From NCBI GenBank assembly GCA_050250665.1, contig JBFWOF010000025.1, forward strand, positions 16,530 to 80,529: a stretch of DNA of 64,000 nucleotides. Direction: 5' to 3'. The stretch is from Lysobacterales bacterium (GTDB taxonomy: Bacteria > Pseudomonadota > Gammaproteobacteria > Xanthomonadales > SZUA-5). Made by a program: the position numbers and the translations under genes. Of the stretch, positions 21,253-29,190 are shown piece after piece; position 1 is the stretch's first letter; the number at the start of each line of letters is the position of its first letter. A model generated the notes under the pieces. It did not search any database. It was not told the origin of the DNA and saw only the letters and a program-made list of their open reading frames with translations.

Positions 21253-21744
21253 TCAGCGGTTGATCACTTCCCGATGCATCGGTGCCAGTTTCGCCAGCAG
21301 CTTGTTCTGATGGCGGGTGGCGATGCCGCGGCGGTCCATGGCGATCTGCAGGTCTTCGACCAGGATGTTGAAATCGGCATGGCGTACTTCCATGCCGGCG
21401 TGGGCCTCGACCATGTCCATGCCGGTGTATGCGCAATCGCCGCCGAGTATCACGCAGACCTGCTCGGCCAGCTTGTCCTTGACCCGCTGCTGGTCGACGT
21501 TCTCGAAGAAGGGACGCATGCGCGGATCGTCGAGCAGGATGACCATGAACTCATCCATCAGCGCGGTGATGCCGGCCTTGCCGCCGAAGGCTTCAAAGAC
21601 CGGCCGCAGCTCCGGGTGAGCCGGCGCCGGATTGGGAATGTCGGCGCTGCTGCTGTCGTTGGCCGACACCGGTGCGGCGTTCAGTGCCAGTGCCAGTGCC
21701 AGGATGACTGCAGCCAGGGTCAGGGTGTGCTTGTGCATGCTCAT
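21253..21744 (-). CDS. Group-1-like truncated haemoglobin with Sec signal peptide
   Basis: Signal peptide MSMHKHTLTLAAVILALALALNAAPVSA; globin core FGGKAGITALMDEF...PFF...ILGG...YTGMDMVEAHAG with the proximal His retained; GAGGA 6 nt upstream of the ATG. Confidence 0.85.
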   Translation of the reverse strand: MSMHKHTLTLAAVILALALALNAAPVSANDSSSADIPNPAPAHPELRPVFEAFGGKAGITALMDEFMVILLDDPRMRPFFENVDQQRVKDKLAEQVCVILGGDCAYTGMDMVEAHAGMEVRHADFNILVEDLQIAMDRRGIATRHQNKLLAKLAPMHREVINR

Positions 21745-21753
21745 GGTCTTTCC

Positions 21754-22656
21754 TCAGAAACCTACTTGGACGGAGAGATAGGCGCCGTTCTGGTCGGCGA
21801 CGACGACATTGCCCAGATCGACATAGGCCAGCGTCACCGAGATGTGGCGCGTCGGCGCCCAGGCCAGAAACACATCCCACCAGAGATCTTCCTTGGCGAT
21901 ACCGAGCTGATCAGGCTTGGTCCGGAATTCGGCGCCCAGGGCCAGCTGTCGGGTCAGCAGATAAGCCGCCGAACCTTCCCATTCGAAACTGCCGGAACTG
22001 CGATCGCCGCCGAAGCCGAGGATGCCGATCTGGTTGGCCTCGGTGTAGCGCAGCGTGCCGCTGAGCAGCAGGCTCTGATCCAGGAAGATCTTGGTCGCCG
22101 ACAGATACACATCAGTCCCCGAATCGTCCCTGGCGCCGACGGCACGCACGATCGCGCCCTGCTTGTTGCGCTTGTGCTGGATACCGAGCGCAATCTGCGG
22201 CAGCCAGCTGTCCTGCTCCAGTACCGCATCGCCGACCAGCTTCAGCTTGGCGCCGAAAATGTCCTGTTCGAACTGGAAGCCGCGCCCCAGACCGAGTGCG
22301 GCGCCGACGTCCTGGGTATCGAAGGATTGACGGGCGTAGCTCAGTTCCAGGCGATCGTAGAAGCCGACCATCACGCCGTAGGCATTGAGGGCATAGTCGT
22401 CGACGTCGACGCGGGTGTAGAAGGCGTTGGCGCCGATCTGATCGCGCGAGCCATAGCCGCCGATCAGCGCCCACGGCGTGAGCCCACCGCCACCCGCACC
22501 CTCGATCTGGGTAACGCCGCCGGTCAGCAGCAATTTGCCGCCGTAACCCGCCACGTAGTCCGCGTCCGCGTCCTGGGCGTAGGCCGCACTCATCTGCGCA
22601 AGAGACAGCAGCAATGCCGCTGCCAGAGCGCCGCGGCGCCCATTCGATCTGTACAT
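21754..22656 (-). CDS. Outer-membrane beta-barrel protein (DUF3034-type)
   Basis: Signal peptide ...LLLSLAQMSAAYAQ; alternating beta-strand pattern; C-terminal ...YLSVQVGF aromatic terminus. Confidence 0.8.
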   Translation of the reverse strand: MYRSNGRRGALAAALLLSLAQMSAAYAQDADADYVAGYGGKLLLTGGVTQIEGAGGGGLTPWALIGGYGSRDQIGANAFYTRVDVDDYALNAYGVMVGFYDRLELSYARQSFDTQDVGAALGLGRGFQFEQDIFGAKLKLVGDAVLEQDSWLPQIALGIQHKRNKQGAIVRAVGARDDSGTDVYLSATKIFLDQSLLLSGTLRYTEANQIGILGFGGDRSSGSFEWEGSAAYLLTRQLALGAEFRTKPDQLGIAKEDLWWDVFLAWAPTRHISVTLAYVDLGNVVVADQNGAYLSVQVGF

Positions 22657-22691
22657 GGAGGAACTCCGCTGGGGTCGTTGGGTTGGTCGTT

Positions 22692-23675
22692 TCAGGGCGC
22701 GCCCAGGCGCAACATCAAGCTGTCGAAGGCCGCGGCAAAACGTCCGCGCAGGCCATGGGGCCAGGCCGGCGCACGCAGATGGAAATCGCCCATCGCCGCG
22801 CGTTCGAGCAGATCACAGGCGCTGTCGATGGGGCGCAGTACCCGTTGCCGGAACAGCATCACCAAGGCCATCCACAGCAGCGACAGCACGGCGCCCAGGC
22901 CCAGTATCAAGGGGCTGCCGTCGCTGTTGGCGTCGGACTCCAGCGCTGACCAGCGCAACTGTGCGGTGGCGGCATCGGCGAACAAGGGTCGGGTCCTGTT
23001 CTCGGCGGATACGCCGCGCAGTTCCGGTGAGGACTGCAGCAGGCTGTTCTGCGGATCGTCGCTGGCGTAAACGCTGATCTCCACCGGCGCCAGTCGAGCC
23101 AGTGCGGCGACAAATTCGGCGCCGATTTCATTGGCCGCAAACAGATAGGCATCGACATTGCCGGCGCGCACGATCGGCTGGATCGAGGCCAGATACAGCC
23201 GGCGTTCGTCCAGCACCAGCCCGGTGGCCGCTTCGTGACTGTCGCGTGCCTGCTGGAACAAGGGATGCCGAGCCGGGCTGCCGCTGCTGTCGGTCCATGG
23301 GCGCGTGCCGGCAATCCAGCGGCCATCGACGGCGATGACACCCACCAGATCCAGCCCCAGCTGCGAACGGCGCTCGGCCAGCACGTCGCTGATCGAGGCC
23401 GCATCCACGTTCTGACCGGGAATCGAACCCTGCTGCAGGGCATCGACGATGTAGGCCATGGTGGCGCCGTCCAGCGCCAGCAGGTCGGCGCGCAATCGCA
23501 GCTGCGAGCTGGCGTTGGCTTCGAGTTGCTCCTGCGCCGCCTGCAGCAGCTGCGCCGCGCGATTCTCGTCGGCCTGCTGTTGCGAGGACTGCAGCTGCAG
23601 CGTGATCAGCCAGCAGGCGCCCATCAGCAGCGCGGCTCCGACGAGCCCGATCAACCAGGAATGCGTTGCTTTCAT
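22692..23675 (-). CDS. Membrane sensor: TM - periplasmic domain - TM - HAMP, no output domain
   Basis: TM1 WLIGLVGAALLMGACWLI, a periplasmic region of about 230 aa, TM2 LILGLGAVLSLLWMALVMLF, then a HAMP-like RQRVLRPIDSACDLLERAAMGDFHLR...FAAAFDSLMLRL, then stop. Confidence 0.75.
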   Translation of the reverse strand: MKATHSWLIGLVGAALLMGACWLITLQLQSSQQQADENRAAQLLQAAQEQLEANASSQLRLRADLLALDGATMAYIVDALQQGSIPGQNVDAASISDVLAERRSQLGLDLVGVIAVDGRWIAGTRPWTDSSGSPARHPLFQQARDSHEAATGLVLDERRLYLASIQPIVRAGNVDAYLFAANEIGAEFVAALARLAPVEISVYASDDPQNSLLQSSPELRGVSAENRTRPLFADAATAQLRWSALESDANSDGSPLILGLGAVLSLLWMALVMLFRQRVLRPIDSACDLLERAAMGDFHLRAPAWPHGLRGRFAAAFDSLMLRLGAP

Positions 23676-23687
23676 GCGCGATCGTCC

Positions 23688-24605
23688 TCAGCCGCCGACA
23701 CGGGGCTTGGTCAGAACCAGCTTGCGGTCGACGCTGCCGCGCTCGGTGACCGCGATCGACTGGCTCAGCAGATTGGCGCGCGGATTCCACACGTACAGAG
23801 TGCCGCGCCCGATCGGCAGATCCTTAAGCTGGTAGCGGCCCTGTGCGTCCACGTTCGACTGGAAGGCCGTCGGCAGCACCATCACCTGGGCCTGCATGAC
23901 GTGATGCACATTGCAGTTGACCACCACCAGCCCGGGCTGGTCGAAGACGTGCTCGCGGGCCTCGCCCTCGCCGTAGAAGCCCAGATCGAAGCTGGATCCG
24001 GGAGTCGCCGAAAACACGTTGTGGCGCACCGGATCATTGTTCGGAAAAGACACCGTGCTGCCCTGCGGTACCACCAGCAAGGGCGGATCGAAGGCCTTGC
24101 CTTGCGTATAGATGGTGTAGCGCCCGGGAGTGGCACGCACATTGCCCTGATCGGGCACGAAATAGACCAGCGTGTCGCCAAGATCGCGCGGCTCGACCTT
24201 GATGCGTCCGCTGCCGGCCAGTTCGATGACACCGCTCAGCGTGCCGCGCTGGGCGGGTGCTGCTTCAGCGCTGGGAGCGGGCGCCGGTGCAGGCGCCGGC
24301 GTCGGCGTCGGTGCAGGAGCGGGTGTCGGTGCAGGAGCGGGGCTCGGTGCAGGAGCCGGTGTCGGTGCAGGAGCCGGTGTCGGTGCAGGAGCCGGTTTCG
24401 CCGTCGGAACGGAGGCCGGGTTCGGCTTGGTTGCCGGTGTGGGTGCCGTGGCGACGGGTGCTGCAGCCGGGACCGCAACTGGCGCCGGTGTGGCAGGCCT
24501 GGACTGCGCGATCGGTGCAGTATTCGTCGGGGTGCTTGGCCTCGGCGCGCTGGCGCAGCCGCTGAGTACTGCCAGGCACAGGATGGAGAGCAGGGAGAGA
24601 CGCAT
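23688..24605 (-). CDS. Lipoprotein with long Pro/Ala tether and cupredoxin-like domain (family often annotated as methylamine-utilisation-like)
   Basis: Lipobox LSGC; a PAPAPT-type linker of about 100 aa; NNDPVRHNVF and VNCNVHHVM (His...Cys-x2-His-x2-Met pattern); C-terminal beta-sandwich-like GRYQLKDLPIGRGTLYVW. Confidence 0.8.
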   Translation of the reverse strand: MRLSLLSILCLAVLSGCASAPRPSTPTNTAPIAQSRPATPAPVAVPAAAPVATAPTPATKPNPASVPTAKPAPAPTPAPAPTPAPAPSPAPAPTPAPAPTPTPAPAPAPAPSAEAAPAQRGTLSGVIELAGSGRIKVEPRDLGDTLVYFVPDQGNVRATPGRYTIYTQGKAFDPPLLVVPQGSTVSFPNNDPVRHNVFSATPGSSFDLGFYGEGEAREHVFDQPGLVVVNCNVHHVMQAQVMVLPTAFQSNVDAQGRYQLKDLPIGRGTLYVWNPRANLLSQSIAVTERGSVDRKLVLTKPRVGG

Positions 24606-24726
24606 ATTCGCTTCCGACGCGGCCAGACACTGGCCTTCGACGGACTACGTCCTCACGCCCGGGATTGGATGCGCCCGGGCTGCCCCGATTACAGTTCTTG
24701 ACCAAGCCGAGTCGTGGCGGTCGCCC

Positions 24727-25188
24727 TCAGGTCGCGGAAAAATAGCTCCGCAGCGTCTGCGAACGGATCAGCAGCAGCGCCCCCCGGGGCGAGCGCAGCG
24801 GCACGTGATGGCTGCCTGCGGGTGCCAGCAGATAGTCGCCGGCGCGGTACTCGACCCCGCCCTGCACGATGGATCCTTCCACCACCAGGCATTCCTCGTC
24901 AGAGCGATGATCATGCTCGGGAATGATGGCGCCGGCGCTCAACCGCCAGAGATTGGTTTCGCTGCCAGCCTCGAGATCCTGATGCAGGCGTTTGATGCTG
25001 ATACCCGGCATCAGCGTGACCCAGGTACCGCCTTCGGCGCGCACCACGTGGATGCCGGCCGCGCGCTCGAGCACGCGCTCACGCAGGCGTTCGCGCAAGG
25101 GCGCTGCCAACCTCGGCGCTTCCAGAGCAGTGCCCAGCAAACCGGCTACCTCTGGTTCCAGCGCAAATTCTTCCTGTTCGTCAGCCAT
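24727..25188 (-). CDS. ChrR-like cupin domain protein lacking the zinc anti-sigma domain
   Basis: Cupin core WRLSAGAIIPEHDHRSDEECLVVEGS...YLLAPAGSHH; AGGAG 7 nt upstream; the ATG overlaps the ECF sigma stop by 8 nt; no HxxxCxxC motif. Confidence 0.8.
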   Translation of the reverse strand: MADEQEEFALEPEVAGLLGTALEAPRLAAPLRERLRERVLERAAGIHVVRAEGGTWVTLMPGISIKRLHQDLEAGSETNLWRLSAGAIIPEHDHRSDEECLVVEGSIVQGGVEYRAGDYLLAPAGSHHVPLRSPRGALLLIRSQTLRSYFSAT

Positions 25189-25834
25189 GGGCTGCTCCTG
25201 GCTCCAGTTCGACCCGCAGGCAATCCATGCCCCGGCGTATATGCGATTTGACGGTGCCCAGCGGAATGCCGGTGCGCTCGGCGATTTCGGCGTGGCTGGA
25301 CCCCTCGAAAAAGGCCATCAGCAGCAGCTGCCGCTGCTCGCTGCGCAAACCGGCCAGAGCCAGTCGGACACGATGACCCTCGACAAAGGCTTCCATCTCG
25401 CTCGCGCCTGAATTCTCTTCACAAGCCGTATACGCAGCCGACAATGCTTCTGGATGCAGCGCTTCCAGACTGGATTCAGGTTTGCGTCGACGACGGCGAT
25501 CGCTGGCCCGGCTCCAGGTCAACATCGACAGCCAGGCCATGCCATTGCCGCGGCTGGCATCGAACTGGGCATGGTGTTCCCAGACGTACTGATAGACGTC
25601 CGCGACCACTTCTTCGGCATCGCGCGGATCACCGGCCACCCGCGCCGCCAGTGCATGAAGCTTGTCCACGGTGGCGTCGTAGAGTTGATCGAGCGCGCGC
25701 AGTTCACGGCTGCCGATGCGCGCGATCAGATCGGCGCAGTCGGCCTCGATGGCCTCGGCCACGGTCTCACCGGGTTGGTCATTGCCTGGCGTCAAGGAGC
25801 GTGTTCCATATCCATGGCGCCAATGATCGCGCAT
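25181..25834 (-). CDS. ECF-type RNA polymerase sigma factor
   Basis: Region 2 (AEEVVADVYQYVWEH) and region 4 HTH (LSEQRQLLLMAFFEGSSHAEIAERTGIPLGTVKSHIRRG). Confidence 0.9.
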   Translation of the reverse strand: MRDHWRHGYGTRSLTPGNDQPGETVAEAIEADCADLIARIGSRELRALDQLYDATVDKLHALAARVAGDPRDAEEVVADVYQYVWEHHAQFDASRGNGMAWLSMLTWSRASDRRRRRKPESSLEALHPEALSAAYTACEENSGASEMEAFVEGHRVRLALAGLRSEQRQLLLMAFFEGSSHAEIAERTGIPLGTVKSHIRRGMDCLRVELEPGAAHG

Positions 25835-26036
25835 TTTCGGCTTGCGCCTGTAGTTGGCCTGGACGCAGGCCAGCGCTGATCATGGCCGCGGCGACGGAAT
25901 CGGCTCTTGCGCGCCCTTCGCACCCGCTTGAGTAGCGCTTCAGGCTTAGCCTGTTACCATCGGCTACGCTTGACCAGCGACAGGCATCGGAACGTATCGT
26001 GCGCCCGCGGGTCTGAGACGGTGATCGGAGTCATCA

Positions 26037-26855
26037 ATGAGCGACAGCGCCACCAGCCTGAACAAGGACGACCTGCCCGATTCCGCGAGCAGCACACGCG
26101 CGCGCTGGCTGCGCTATGGCGTGCGCGTACCCCTGCTGCTCTGGCACATCCTGATTCACCTGCCGCTGACGCTGATCCTGGTGAGCCCGCTTGGTGAGCG
26201 CGTGCGCCTGGGTGACGAGCACCTGCGCCATCGCGCCATCCGCTGGTGGTCTGGCGGGCTGATGCGGATCTTCGGCTTTCGCGTGACCCGTCACGGCCAG
26301 CCGCTGCCCGGTGCGGCGCTGGTGGTCGCCAATCATCTGTCCTGGCTGGATATCGAACTGATCCACAGCCAGCGCGCGGTCGAGTTCGTGGCCAAGTCGG
26401 AAATCAGTCGCTGGCCGCTGATCGGCTGGCTGGCACGGCGGGCCGGCACCATCTACCACCGCCGCGGCAGCACCGAATCGCTGTCCAGCGTGGCCCAGAT
26501 GATGGTCGAACGCCTGCGTCAGGGCGCCCAGGTCGGGGTGTTTCCCGAAGGTGGCACCACCGATGGCAGCCGCGTTAGGGTATTTCATGCCCGCATCTTC
26601 CAGTGCGCGGTCGAGGCCGGTGTGCCGGTGCAGCCGGTGGCGCTGCGCTATCTGCTCAACGGCGAGCACAATCCCAATGTGCCCTTTCTCGATGGCGAGA
26701 GTTTCTTCGTCAACTTCGTGCGTCTGCTGGGCGAGCCGGCGATGGTCGCTGAAGTGCATTTTCTGGAGGGGCTGCAGCCCAATGGTGACGGCCGCCGGCG
26801 ACTGGCGGAAGGCGCCCGGGCCCACATCGTGCGCGCGCTGGGACATGCCGAATGA
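26037..26855 (+). CDS. Lysophospholipid (1-acyl-glycerol-3-phosphate type) acyltransferase
   Basis: HX4D motif NHLSWLD and FPEGGTT motif. Confidence 0.9.
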   Translation: MSDSATSLNKDDLPDSASSTRARWLRYGVRVPLLLWHILIHLPLTLILVSPLGERVRLGDEHLRHRAIRWWSGGLMRIFGFRVTRHGQPLPGAALVVANHLSWLDIELIHSQRAVEFVAKSEISRWPLIGWLARRAGTIYHRRGSTESLSSVAQMMVERLRQGAQVGVFPEGGTTDGSRVRVFHARIFQCAVEAGVPVQPVALRYLLNGEHNPNVPFLDGESFFVNFVRLLGEPAMVAEVHFLEGLQPNGDGRRRLAEGARAHIVRALGHAE

Positions 26856-27868
26856 GCACCATCGGCATCCGCTCGCTGCACGGCCACACCACCTTTCGCC
26901 GGCGCGGACCGCTGGCCAACGCCCACGTGCAGTCGCTGCTGGCTTCCAGCGGCCTGCGCCGGGCTGCAGCGCGCCTGCGTTTTCCGGGTCTGCATGAATC
27001 CAGCAGCGAGCAGATCCTCGATTGCGGCGAAGGCGTGCGCCTGCAGGGCTTTCTGTCGGTGCAAAGCGTGCGCCCGGCCTCGCGCGGCATGGTGGTCTTG
27101 CTGCATGGCTGGGAGGGCAGCGTCCAGTCCAGCTATCTGATGGTCAGCGCCGGACGCCTGCTGGCGGCCGGCTTCGATGTGTTCCGGCTGCACTTTCGCG
27201 ATCACGGCGACACCCATCATCTGAATGAAGGCCTGTTCCACTCCTGCCGCCTCGATGAGGTGGTCGGTGCGGTCAAGGCCGTGCAGCAGCGCTACAGCCC
27301 ACGCAAGCTGGCAATCGCCGGCTTCTCGCTGGGCGGAAATTTCGCGCTGCGCGTGGCCAATCGTGCCCCGCAGGCAGGCGTGGATCTGGCCTATGCCTTC
27401 GCCGTCTGTCCGCCGCTGGATCCGGCCGCCAGCCTGCGCCAGATCGAAATCGCACCCTGGGTGTACGAGCGCTATTTCATCGCCAAGTGGGTGGAGTCGC
27501 TGCGCCGCAAGCAGTCGCTCTACCCGCACCTCTACGATTTCAGCGCCTGGCTGCGCAAACCCACGTTGCGCGATCTGACTGCGCGCATGGTCGAGGGCTA
27601 TACCCGGTACGAACGGCTGGAAGACTATTTCAACGGCTATTCCATCGCCGGCGATCGCCTGGCCCAGCTGACAGTGCCGGCGACCATCGTCACCGCCACC
27701 GATGACCCGGTCATACCGGTCCTCGACTACCACGATCTCAAACTGCCCGAGTGCGCCGAGATCATCCTCACCGATCACGGCGGCCACTGCGGCTTCATCG
27801 AAGACTGGCGGCTGAAGAGCTGGATCGAGGATCTGCTGGTCGAGCGCCTGACCCAGGCTGCCGAGTAG
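26852..27868 (+). CDS. Alpha/beta-fold hydrolase (YheT/ABHD-like)
   Basis: GFSLGGN nucleophile elbow; ATGA overlap with the upstream acyltransferase. Confidence 0.85.
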   Translation: MSTIGIRSLHGHTTFRRRGPLANAHVQSLLASSGLRRAAARLRFPGLHESSSEQILDCGEGVRLQGFLSVQSVRPASRGMVVLLHGWEGSVQSSYLMVSAGRLLAAGFDVFRLHFRDHGDTHHLNEGLFHSCRLDEVVGAVKAVQQRYSPRKLAIAGFSLGGNFALRVANRAPQAGVDLAYAFAVCPPLDPAASLRQIEIAPWVYERYFIAKWVESLRRKQSLYPHLYDFSAWLRKPTLRDLTARMVEGYTRYERLEDYFNGYSIAGDRLAQLTVPATIVTATDDPVIPVLDYHDLKLPECAEIILTDHGGHCGFIEDWRLKSWIEDLLVERLTQAAE

Positions 27869-27919
27869 CGGCGCGGTCCGGGCAGTCCTGCTGGCTGCGC
27901 GGCTTTGAGCAGCAAATGC

Positions 27920-28017
27920 GGGGCAGGGGTCAAGGGGCAGGGGACCCGCCCCGCCGCACGATCTGACCTTGCAGCGAGCCTTGGGCCCGTGCCCCGTGCC
28001 CCCTGCTCCCTGCCCCC
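27920..28017. repeat. G4-capable block plus C-rich inverted arm
   Basis: GGGGcaGGGGtcaaGGGGcaGGGG (27920-27943) ... gggcccgtgccccgtgccccctgctccctgccccc (27983-28017). Confidence 0.75.
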
Positions 28018-28100
28018 TTGATCGCGGCTGAAGCCGCTCCCACAGGGCGTGCTGCTGCCCTACAATCGGGTCCTCCCTCGATGGTGCGGAGCAGTGTCAG

Positions 28101-29150
28101 ATGCCGACGATCACGCGTCTTCCGGTGTTGCCCTTGCGGCGTCTGCGGGCCGAGCCCAATCAGCTGATCCTGCATTTCCGCGGCGGCCGACTGGTGCGCA
28201 AGGGCGCCGGCATGGCCTACTGGTTTTCCCCGCTGTCGGCGGCGATTGCCATGCTGCCGATCGAGGATTGCCAGAGTACCTTCGTGCTCAACGAACATAC
28301 GGCCGACTTCCAGGCGATCAAGGTGCAGAGCACGATCAGCTACCGGATCGTCGATGCCGAAAAGGCCGCCAGTCGCTTCAACTTCTCCCTGTCCATCGAT
28401 CATGGCGCCTGGCTGGAGCAGCCGCTGGATCGGCTCGCCAGCGTGCTGGCCCAGCGGGCGCTGCCGGTGGTGCGCAAGCTGGTGTCGGCGCAATCGCTGG
28501 AATCGGTGCTGCAGCATGGCTCCGAGCAGGTGCGCGAGGCGGTCGTTCAGGCCTTCACTCAGGATGTCGAGCTGGCGGCCATGGGCCTGCAGCTGGTGAA
28601 TCTGGTGATCGATCAAATCGTCCCCAGCGCCGAGCTGGAAAAGGCGCTGGGCACACCGATGCGCGAGGCAGTGCAGGCGCGTGCCGACGAAGCCCAGTTC
28701 CAGCGCCGCGCCCAAGCGGTGGAAAAGGAACGCACGATCAAGGAAAACGAGCTGGCCACCGAGCTGGAACTGGAGCGTCGGCAGATGCAGCTGATCCAGA
28801 AGCGCGGCGAGAATGCGCTGCTGCAGGCGCAACAGCAGGCAGCGAGCCTGCAGGCCCAGGTCGAGGCCGAGATCGCACGGGCCCTGATGCAGGCAGAAGC
28901 CGAATCGCAGCGCAGCCTGATCGGTGCCCGGGCCGAGGCCGCCAGTCAGAAGATTCTGGCCGAGCAGCAGTCTGAAGCCATGCAGCGCCACCACGACATC
29001 TGGGCACAAACGCCAGCCCATGCCATGACCGGCATGGCCATGAGTGAACTGGCCAGCAAGCTGACCACCATAGGCCACCTGAACGTCACGCCCGATCTGC
29101 TCGGACAGAGCTTCACCCAGTTTCTGCGTGACCAAAGCACGCCCGAGTGA
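28101..29150 (+). CDS. SPFH/band-7 domain protein with long coiled coil, no obvious TM segment
   Basis: SPFH core QAIKVQSTISYRIVDAEKAA...LVNLVIDQIVPSAELEKAL, followed by a Q/A/E-rich coiled coil. Confidence 0.85.
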   Translation: MPTITRLPVLPLRRLRAEPNQLILHFRGGRLVRKGAGMAYWFSPLSAAIAMLPIEDCQSTFVLNEHTADFQAIKVQSTISYRIVDAEKAASRFNFSLSIDHGAWLEQPLDRLASVLAQRALPVVRKLVSAQSLESVLQHGSEQVREAVVQAFTQDVELAAMGLQLVNLVIDQIVPSAELEKALGTPMREAVQARADEAQFQRRAQAVEKERTIKENELATELELERRQMQLIQKRGENALLQAQQQAASLQAQVEAEIARALMQAEAESQRSLIGARAEAASQKILAEQQSEAMQRHHDIWAQTPAHAMTGMAMSELASKLTTIGHLNVTPDLLGQSFTQFLRDQSTPE

Positions 29151-29190
29151 GCGCCGTGGCTGGCAGCGAAGCTGAAAGACGACTCGCCCG

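Noticed and set aside
24240-24480. DNA-level periodic repeat (ggtgcaggagc[cg]ggtgtcggt…) that looks like a tandem array.
   Set aside because: It lies inside the lipoprotein CDS and encodes the PAPAPT-type Pro/Ala linker. It is a coding low-complexity tether, not a non-coding element, although its length may vary between strains.
24606-24726. Searched the gap upstream of the lipoprotein gene for an ECF-type promoter (GGAAC-like -35, CGT-like -10).
   Set aside because: I found only loose matches (aGAACT…; …gaCGTAg) with unconvincing spacing, plus two small hairpins (gcccggg/cccgggc and ggcca/tggcc). I cannot call a promoter without TSS data.
26037-27868. Overlapping acyltransferase plus alpha/beta hydrolase gene pair, considered as a novel lipid-remodelling system.
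   Set aside because: Both are ordinary, widespread families with intact canonical motifs. Nothing in the sequence distinguishes the pair from routine membrane-lipid housekeeping.
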